Shown here: one piece after another, positions 13,440 through 23,700 of the stretch
Layout of the letters: each line of letters opens with the position of its first letter
How positions within the stretch are numbered: the stretch's first letter is position 1
From: Styela clava
Lineage: Eukaryota
Assembly: GCF_964204865.1 (NCBI RefSeq)
Contig: NC_135256.1
Span: 2,170,001-2,234,000, forward strand
Direction: 5' to 3'
Length of the DNA stretch: 64,000 bases
Notes under the pieces: model-generated
What the model was told of the DNA's origin: nothing
The model's input: only the letters and a program-made list of their open reading frames with translations
Databases searched by the model: none
Made by a program: the position numbers and the translations under genes

Positions 13440-13825
13440 AGTATAATATTAAAAAGTTGATGTTTACGTTGTCTGAGTTTTCGGCGGTATTTACATACTA
13501 CAGTTGCCATCTTCTTCATCAACTTGACTTCGATTCCAATTTATGTTTTCAATATTTTCGTATTTTATGCTTTTGCAATTTACCGATACCAATTTATCAA
13601 GTTTCTATTTCCTCCCCAAAGATATTATTATAATAAAATTTGCTTCGACGCCCTTCAAGATTCATTTTATAATTAAAGTCCTGTCTATAATGATAAACAA
13701 GAGAGTGATGCTTGATTGTATGTTTATGAAAGTATGTTTTATTCAAAAAAAGTTGAAAATACGTGGATGGAACGTAAATATCCAAAATATAGAAATGTAA
13801 ATATCGAAAAAGGCGGACAAGATTA

Positions 13826-14125
13826 AATACTAAAATATCGGTTGGAAACCGAAGACTTATCGATCGAATGTTAGGGATCCACCCAAACAGTGGTCTTACT
13901 CTATAGTGACAACCGTGTGTCCCATCACTAATCAATTATTAACTCGCTGATTATACGACATAATCCATTCAAAATCAATAGGCTTGTGATCTAGGCGCTA
14001 TGATAAATGTACATGCAAAATTTGGAGAAGATTCACCCTCGCTTTCGTGAGATATCGCGTGCATCAGACAAACAAACAGACAAATGCCTATCAACATTCT
14101 TATCGAGCTTAAGATCGATAAGTAA
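13826..14125 (-). mobile_element. HINE family 1 copy
   Basis: Reverse complement of 6389..6782 with both terminal structures. Confidence 0.75.
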
Positions 14126-15654
14126 TAACTAATATTTTTAATTTGCTTCACACCCCCTCAAAAAAGTATCTACGCCCTTCTTGTCAGGCCCGCCCCACCA
14201 TTTGGGAACCACTTTAGAGTAAAAATCTTTATTTATTTTTTGTGTATTTGCATATTATTCAAGAGATAGTTTTGAACCGGGATGAGTTTCGACGTGTTTT
14301 TGTTACTCACAATCTCACCTGAATTTATTTATACTAAGCGAGAGGTGATATATTCAATATCGCCCGATTAATATTGGTATCCCAAAGTGTTAGCGCTTTG
14401 AATCGATTTGCTTTATTTAATATAACCATGCCAAAACATAGAGCTGTGAATACGATTATCATGCTATCCATTGTATATACTTTGATGTTAATTACATATT
14501 ATGGGAATGTCATTATTTTTGAAATATCAACGCGTTTTCATTGGTATCAGATCGGCATCGGCAGAAAAGTGATGTTGATACGTCTCTAATTAAGAGTTCC
14601 ATCTAACTTTTAAAACCTAATTAATTATGATTTATTCCTATATGAACAACACTCACCTCGGCATCGACACGACTTTTTTCGAGATATTGTAACAAGCGCG
14701 TAATTTTAATATAAATCCACGGGGCGAATCCTATTTTACGGCAATTGTTATGCAGTCACTATATATATGATGCTGTAATACCCAATATCGGCAGCGGAAG
14801 TTATGCGGCTAAAGTCATATCGTATTTTAGTAATTTTACGGTTTATATCGTATTTGGTTTTATTTATTTAATTGAAGCCTGATGTTCAAGGTTCAAAAAA
14901 AATTGTAAAACAAAACAGAGGTTTAAAATATGAGTCTAGTCTAGTTTAAGGTGTTGTTAACGTACGTACGGATTGATAGAAAAAAATATTTCAAGCATAC
15001 ATTGATTTAGGTATTTAGTTTTATTTATATATTCGTGAGTGCAAAGTGTTTTAATATTCAAGTCTGGCGGGGCTGAGATAGATTTGTCATTGAAGGCTCT
15101 GGTGAGAATGTATGTGGCCAGAAGCTCAACCTACAAATTGGGCAAAAAGAGTTTAAATCGAAATTATTTGAAGATTCTGAAGTAAAAATCTTACTTTATT
15201 GTCAGCATTAGATGTAGATACACTGGCGTTACTGCTGGTTACTGATACTGATTTTTCATTCGTAATTCTGACTCAGAGTTAAAAGTATAATTTATACTTT
15301 AGTTTACCAGCAGATCAGTTTGCTTTGATCGTTTTTATTGCTTCATTCATACTTACCGTCTCATACTTTTGATAGGTATTGGGTCATCGTATGATTTTTT
15401 TAATTAAATCTTGTCTGATGTATCAGTCTGGCATGCTGGAATCCCAGATAGACTTGATAAGTTGGGAAAAGTTACGGTACCAACTGTTTTCATCCCCGAG
15501 AAGTGCTAAATTACTGTGCTATAATCCTGGAAACTTTACCAATCATTACCCTTTAACTGCAAACACTAGGCCAATGCTTCACTAAAAGCCTAAGTTATGC
15601 TTCTTGGTGCGGAAGTAGGAATTACGACATGGTAAATTTTTTTGCGCCTTCCCG

Positions 15655-15755
15655 AAGTGTGTGCACTAAAATGGCGCACAACCTAAACCCTAACCTGGAA
15701 TACATAATATGTTCAGGTTGTGCGCCATCTTGGTGCACATGATTCTGGAGCTCCT
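15655..15755. repeat. Short palindromic element (gtgcactaaaatggcgcacaacct...aggttgtgcgccatcttggtgcac); relative at about 22970..23070
   Basis: Inverted arms around aaccctaacc; second copy inside an NLR intron. Confidence 0.55.
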
Positions 15756-16851
15756 TTTTTGATCTTAAAATAAATCTGTGAGTTCGGTCAGGATTGTTCG
15801 AATGGGTGTCTAGGACATCGTTGTTTATAAAATACATAAAAAATCTACACATAAATACCAGAGACAAGCCGCTTTCCTAAGATTCAAGACATAGCGAAAC
15901 GATGACATAATTCAGCAGCACTCAAGAGTAGAGAAGCAGCTGTGGGAAAACTATAGTCGAGTAATATAACTGTTTACTATAATGTTGTGGAACATGACAC
16001 CAATAGCGGAAATTATTCGGGTCAATGAATCAGTTGCTTTGGCGTTCATTCATAAAATGGTTTATCGTTCAGTGAAATCTATTGCTCTAAATATTTTTAA
16101 TCGTTCTGTGCAAGGTTATTTATGGTATATGATTAAATGGCCGCCTTGAAATGGAATTACCATTCACACCACCAATGTTGGAACTGAATGTTATCACAAG
16201 TAATTGCTTTACGTTTGTTTTTATTGTATCTTCAGAGCATGGTAACGCCATATGCATAGCTAGTTAATTGAATTCGGGTATAGGAGATTGGAATTACTCG
16301 CATATACCAGAACTAAATTGAAAACTCGTTTCCCAATATATTTTCAATTGCAACACTTCAAGGGTCATTGTGACGGCACATTTGTCAAAGTCGATCTGTA
16401 ACCGGAATAGCCTGGTTTGAATTGGAATGTGATGTCACAATATTATCACAAGCACCTGACTAATTCTTTGTTTCGAACCACCCCCAATAAAATTGAACAT
16501 TTTAGGGTTTGAAAACAGATTATTCAAATTAATATTTTAGTTCTTGAATTCTTGTCATTTTTCGTTGGTTTAAGCTTCAACTGATGAAAGTAATATACTT
16601 TGGGTTTTGCTGATCGATTATGACTATAATGTTGTAAAAATATTTTTCAGAAATATTTGAAATTCTATATCGATGCTGTTCTATATTAACGCTCATAAAG
16701 AATGTTTTGTTGAAAGAAACCAAAGGTAGATTTAACGAATTTATGATGACACGAATCTCATGAGATATTTGATAAAACAAAGGAGTACAAACTCCAACAC
16801 TTGCAGTATGTATTCTGTCCTAACTAATGTTATTCATTCTTTGTGATTCAG

Positions 16852-17003
16852 TTGTCCAATGCTGAAAACTTCTCTGTCGTGAAATCTGTTGTAACTTCCA
16901 CTTTGTCATTCTCAGTTATTTTAATAAACATAAAACTCTACCTGAAGTAAATCCTCTGAAACACATGAAGTCAGGAAGTGTCGAAGTTTCATTGCAATTG
17001 ACG
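16852..17003 (+). other. Probable non-coding 5' exon of the NLR gene (5' boundary uncertain)
   Basis: Strong donor ACG|GTGAGT at 17004; the next acceptor ttatag| at 17486 lies 8 nt before the ATG at 17495. Confidence 0.45.
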
Positions 17004-17494
17004 GTGAGTAATACATTCTGAAATTGTTTACTCACTGAACATTATTTTGTGAAATATTCTTGAAAACTGTAGGATAGAAATTCAATATTTATCCCGAGTA
17101 GAGAAATCCAAAAGAGAGCTTTATCATACAGCAAACCACGGCCTCTGTAGTCACAGTCCATGTCGGTTATGGGAACAGATAAGGTCCACGTCGGGTATAA
17201 ATATCAATAATATGAGAGGCCGATAACACATCATAATCACGTGGTAGAATATGATCCAGTCGCCTTATCGACTTTCTTCAGAATAAATATTAAATTTATA
17301 TCCTTATTATATTCTTGTCCCTACCGGTGTTGTGCTGATTTCCATTTGTTAGAAAAGATTTCTTCCCAATACCCCTCTTATCACAGTTTTATGGATATAG
17401 TCTTTCAATATTCTCAGTGTAACATTTCTTTCATTATTTCTTTTTATTATGATATATCTGGCAACCCCAAATCTGATGTATTATAGGTTTAAAA

Positions 17495-17705
17495 ATGGAA
17501 CAGGAGATCGAACCAGCTGTGTCGGTGTCAGAGACAAACATAACCGATTCCGTTGTGCAAGACTTGAGCGTGAATGCCGCTGCAGAAGTCTTCGTGACAG
17601 CAGAACGTTCAGATATCGCACATGTAGACGAAGCATCTGTGATAGCAGAACAAGCGACTGTAACAGCTAGAGATGCCGTCATTTCTGCGGAACAATGCAA
17701 CATCG
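17495..17705 (+). CDS. NLR first coding exon: MEQEIEPAVSVSETNITDSVVQDLSV...ISAEQCNI (repeat module 1)
   Basis: AAAAATGG start context, donor G|GTAGGA at 17706, similarity to the downstream repeat exons. Confidence 0.8.
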
Positions 17706-20700
17706 GTAGGAGAATTTTTTCGGGAACTTATTCGGTCCAACTTATAAGGAAATACAAATAATAAATTCTACTTGCATCAGTTAATTGCAAAATTCAGGAC
17801 TTTGGATGTGGATTCGGGATCATGGTCCTGAGCCATTTAATAAAATCTGTTATTTTTATTTCCAGAAACCAGCATTACCGGGGCCGCTGTTCAAGATATG
17901 AGCATTGAAACTGCGAAAGATGTTTCGGTGATCTCTGAACATACAGAAATAGCGTCGCAGAAGGCAACTGTCCAAACAGTAGAGGCAACTCTCTCTGCAG
18001 CAAAAGCTCATATCTCGGCAGAGACTTTGCAACAAACCAACATAACTGGTATGATTTTAGAAGATTTCTATTTTTACGAAAAGGGGTCTTAAACCAGTAA
18101 TTCGCCACCTTTTTTGATATATTCCTTATCTTGTCTATTACTTCCTCCCTATTCCTGGAGATATTCATATTTTTGAAGGAAATTTAGCTGATGTAACTTT
18201 CCCTTTGTATGGTTTGATTGGTTGAAAAACTTTGGATAACTATATATTGCAATGATCCTAGAAAACTAAATGATATTAGTAAAATCGCACCAGATAATTT
18301 AAATAAAAAGTAACATTTCTGTTTTCTTCTATGTGAAAAACTCCTCCTTGGTTGGGAAATGCTGATGTAATCTACTTGTTTCTAGAAACCAGCATCACCG
18401 GGGCTGCTGTTCAAGATATGAGCATAGAAAGTGCGAAAGATGTTTCGGTGATCTCTGAACATACAGAAATAGCGTCGCAAAAGGCAACTGTCCAAACAGT
18501 AGAGGCAGCTCTCTCAGTAGCAGAAGCTCATATCTCAGCAGAGACTTTGCAACAAACCAACATAACTGGTATGATTGTTTGAAAATTGCTACTCAATTTA
18601 CAGAAAAGGGTTCCAGACCAGTGATATGCCATCTTTTCGATTTATTTTTTCTCTTGCCCATACCTTCCTCCCTATTCATGGAAACTCTGTTTACCACACT
18701 CGATAAATTTTCAACGGATATTTAGCTCATGCAACTTGCATTTTGAATTTTGCACGATTTGAATATTTGAAAAATTGTGAATAAATATGTATTGCAATAG
18801 TCATATAAATTAAACAATATCAGTAAAATTGCACTAAATTTCATTTTTTTTCTGAAAAATAACACCTCGGTTGGGAAACACTGGTCTATTGAGTGACTCA
18901 GAACTTTTTTTACTTCTGGAAAATCACTCAAAGTTATCTTATCCCGTACAAGTTTTCTTGTTACTTATCGATTTCAATCGGTAAGTGTGTTTATAGGTAT
19001 TTGTCTGTCTCGATATCTCACGAAAGCGAGGTTGACCCTGCTTCAAATTTTGCATGTGCATTCATCATATCTCGGACCGGAAGCCTACTGATATTGGATA
19101 AATTTTGTCGAATAATTACAGAGTTTTATTTAATTAGTGATGGAACACGTGGTGTCGCTATTGAGTCAAAGCGAATGATACACGCCACTAGATCGATAAG
19201 TCGGCGCACTCCGATTGTTATCTCGTTTGAATATGAATTAGTCAAAAAATAAAATTTTATTCGTCGTGTTTCTTGTGTTTTAATTATAAAATGTAGTAGT
19301 CATAAATTATAGCAACAATCAGCGCTGTGGATTCGTAGTCATGATATGATTGGAATAAACGTTTCTACCGTGCTCTAGTTATTAATCAGTAGTTTATTTC
19401 TCCAACATGCTTGAATACGCAATAGCATAAAAAAAAATCGAATAAGGTCAGATTGCAAAAACTGATTGTAACTTTTATTCGAGAAATCTTTTTTTTTTCA
19501 TTTCCAGAAACCAGTATTACCGGGGCCGCTGTTCAAGATATGGGCATAGAAAGTGCGAAAGATGTTTCAGTGATCTCTGAACATACAAAAATAGTGTCGC
19601 AGAAGGCAACTGTCCAAACAGTAGAGGCAACTCTCTCTGCAGCAGAAGCTCATATCTCTGCAGAGACTTTGCAACAAACCAACATAACTGGTATGATTGT
19701 TTGAAAATTTCTACTCATTACAGAACAGGGTTCCAGACCAGTGGTATACCATCTTTTTGATTTATTCTTTCTCTTGCCCATAACTTCCTCCCTATTCATG
19801 AAAACTCTGTTTACCACATTCGATAAATTTTTAAAGGGTATTTAGCTCATGCAACTTGCATTTTGAATTTTGCACGATTTGAATATTTGAAAAATTGTGA
19901 ATAAATATGTATTGCAATAGTCATATAAATTAAACAATATTAGTAGTAAAGTTGCGCTAAATTTTTTTTTTTGTCTGGAAAAAACTCCTCGGTTGGGAAA
20001 CACTGGTATAAACTATCGTACCTTCATAATTAAACTATATTTATTAAGTGACTCAGAACTTCTTCCATTTCTGGAAAATTACCCAAAACACTTCGAATTT
20101 TGCACGAATTGATAGTTGAAAATTTGTGAATAAATATGGAATGTAATAATCGTATCAATTAAACAATAATAGTAACTGTTTATCACATTCGATAAATTTT
20201 TAAAGAATATTTAGCTAATGCAACTTGCACTTTGGATTTTGCACGATTTGAATATTTGAAAAATTCTGAATAAATATGTATTGCAATAATCATATAAATT
20301 AAACAATATTAGTAAAATTGCATTAAATTTCTGTTGTTGTTTTTTTATCTGGAAAAAACTCCTCGGTTGGGAAACACTGGTCTAAACTATCGTACCTTCA
20401 TAATTAAACTATATTTATTAAGAGACTCAGAACTTTTTCCATTTCTGGAAAATAACCCAAAGTAATCATACTACGTAGAAGTTTTCTTGTATAATTTTTA
20501 ATTGGGCGGAAAATAAATTTTTAATCGTTATATTTCTTTGGTATTATATATAAATGTATTATCAATAAAGTATAGAAACGATCGGGGCTGTGGATTCGGT
20601 GTCTTGGTTTGGTTGGAATAAACGTTTCTACTGAGTTAAGTTAGTAATTTATTTCTCCAGCATGCTTGAATACGAAGGCATTCATGTGTCTTCGACGTAA

Positions 20701-23700
20701 AAAAAAATTCGCGATGAATCATAATATGTTTAATCGAAACATGATAAACCATGTTTGCAAGTTATTTTTTCTTATAATAACGGCTAAATAAGCCGTATGA
20801 GCCGTATTCACAGCTGTCTGGAAATGGTTTGTCAAATGTAGTTGACAACATAACAGCTAACCTTTCCGGCCTCATTATTTGAAAAAGATCTCATATGGGT
20901 TATTTGTGGAATAACTAAAGATATGAGTTCAATGTAGATATTGATTAAATATAAAACTTACTTTTCTAGAAACCAGCATAATCGATGCTGTTGTTGGAGA
21001 AATGAAGACAGAAAACATTTATGCCGAAAAAATATTTGTGCAATACGTTGTATCCGGTATGTTGGATTCATTTATCTTGTATAATTTATTCTACTAATTT
21101 CAGATAGGATTCCGTTATCATTGGTTTAAGTAATAAAACACACCGATGGGGGGATTGGTGTTAAAAAATAAGTATAATTATGTACAAGTTCAAATCAGAA
21201 ATGGTGAGGTTCCAATTTCAGAGAGTGTATTAATTAATATTGAATGTTGGTTCATATTTTTGTAGGAAAAGCTGAGACATCAGCCGACTCCTTAGCACCA
21301 TCCACATCGGGATGGATTGGTCAGGCACAGCAGACCCCAGTTCCGTCAATGGCAGCAGCAGATGATGCCGGGCAGGCAGTCACTCTTCGGGAAGAAATGA
21401 AGATTTCAGGTGATTTTGACTCCTAATTATTTGTTATTATTTCTGTTTCAGTTATATCAATTTCTTATCAGTCCGTCAGGGTAGAAAGATTGCGAACCAA
21501 TGATTCGGAGCATGGATAAAGTTTGCTTCAAAGTGAAACAAGTTTGCGAGTCCCAATGTGCTCTCTTTTCAATTTGGCCAGATCAGTTACCACGATACTA
21601 TCACAGATATTCATCCAGTCGTAGACGTGCCGTTCCAGCTGTTTATTATGCTTAGGCTATGTGAAAATTATTACTCAGTTTCATTGAGTGCATAACAGAT
21701 AATAGTTGCCTCATTATCAACAGTTCCTTCAAATTCTACCATAATGCAAGATTAAATAAAATTTTGTCATTTTTCATCTAGGTTCAGGAAAATCATTGAA
21801 CTTCTTCCAAAAACGTGAGTCTGGTTTTAGTTTTATATTTACATTGTGTGGAATAAAAACTGCCGATGCAGGTCTTTGATCAAATCTCAATTGTGGATCG
21901 CGGACTCTGCCCACATGTGGTGTTCGGATAGAGATAGACCGATAACAATACTTTTGACGACTTAGGGCCCATGAACCTATACACAGACTAACTCAAAGTA
22001 GCAATAGGTACCGGTACTAACATCCAATATCGAATTACAATAATTCTTGGCAATCCATCTATTTTATGTCTGTTACAAAAGTAGTTCGCAATATGTAACT
22101 CAGCATTTATTTCATGCATGAACAGAAGACTGCTTTTTGACCCAAATTTCAAAACACAGGATGCAAAAAGTAAAGCAGTGAAAGCCTACAGGCCGTCGCA
22201 AAATATGCTCGGCCTCTCCGTACGGTAGGCGGCGGTGATACTGCTGAGTGATCAGATAACGGTTTTGTTTAACGACGATTGTGCGTGAACGCACGTGACC
22301 GCGGATCAAGTGTTTACCAGATCTTTCGTGAATCGCACGTAACGAGATTTCGCTGTTGCATTTTGAGAGACAAGTTTACGTGTTCGTAAACCCGGCATTT
22401 TAATAAGTTTGACGAATGGGGCTCCAGAATGCACTTCCAAAAAGACGCATACTATCGCTGTATCTGCATTAGATGTTTTCATTCCTGGTGTGTTGCAAAC
22501 AGAACGTCAGTACGATTTTCTGAAATACTCAGAAAACTAATAAATACACAAATTTCAATGAGGATGAGGCAGGATCGTATCTTTTGGCTTACACTAGCCT
22601 ACATACTAGCACCTCAACACCTGACAGTTAAACAAATACAGACTGATACATTATGATGACAAATAACTTATAAAATTGCACATATAAACTTACCTGACGC
22701 TGTGTCATCAAGAGTCGTGAAGCATCAACCTGAACTATGAATCACAACAACCCGAATGAATAATTAGAAATATTACAATCACCAATTTCAGAAATATCAA
22801 TGACACACTGTTAATCATTAGTACAAGTAAATACTTGGTACAAACAAATATAAATACATATTATTAACACCAAGCACATAAGTCGCCCAATTATTTATAA
22901 AACCCAAAACAACACTAATTGGCCGATGTCAAAACTGAGGTCACATATAGATAAATTTAAGGCGCTTCGTAAGTAAGTGTAAGAAGATGACGCGCAGCCT
23001 GAACCCCTGCCTGTACACGCACTATGTTCAGGTTGTGCGCCATCTTGGTGCACATACTTCGGGAGCACCAAAGGTAATCATTACAAAAATTGATAAATTG
23101 TTTTTTGTAGTTCTTAGCTAAGTGTGATTTGAGGAAGAAAAGCAAAAATAAAATTAAAGCTCACTGATAAACGCCACTATTTAAGTTAATTTCGCACTTA
23201 AAGCATATACCCAGCGCCATATACAAAATCTTTGTTTGCATGGAGTTAACGACAAGCTGTTTATCATTTGCTTGTTCATCTGCTATACTCCGCAAAATTG
23301 CAGAATTCGAAAATCCAGGCCGGCGATGCAGAATGTTTTTGAAGCAGCCTGATTAATTCCAAGTTAGGCACACTCACTCTTCTAAAATACCGTTCATATA
23401 GAAGATGAAAATTCAAACTATTATTTGCCACCCCATGTGCATTCATTCATTACTGTCCGCCTGGTGTACATACTCCTTGCTTATTCTCTAGCGACAGTCA
23501 ACAAGGGATTAATTTCTCTAGGTGGCAAACAACGAAAATGTCAAATCAAAATTAGACAGTTATATCTTCGTTGAGTTGGCATCGAATTTTCTATTTTTTG
23601 ATAGAGGTATGCTAGATATTTCTGATCGTGAAATACATAGCTGATTTCGTGAAATACATAGCTGAAACTTTGTTTTGTACATTAAAATTTTGTGTCGTTA

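Larger units (their letters stand above)
18049..20490 (+). repeat. Tandem intron repeats accompanying the duplicated exons, each with a hAT-MITE remnant
   Basis: 18569-18960, 19691-20090 and 20177-20490 are mutually similar; ...ggttgggaaacactg ends recur at about 18364, 18883, 20005 and 20379. Confidence 0.8.

Noticed and set aside
17434-17703. Antisense and alternative-frame ORFs over the NLR exons
   Set aside because: Shadows of the coding exon with no independent signals.
17495-21056. RHIM motif or coiled coil in the N-terminal repeats
   Set aside because: No (I/V)Q(I/V)G core; hydrophobic spacing and beta-branched composition fit beta strands better than a/d heptads, though this is unproven.
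21782-21814. GSGKS in the mini-exon as a second Walker A
   Set aside because: No complete GxxxxGK[ST] or surrounding P-loop fold; the true Walker A is in the NACHT exon.
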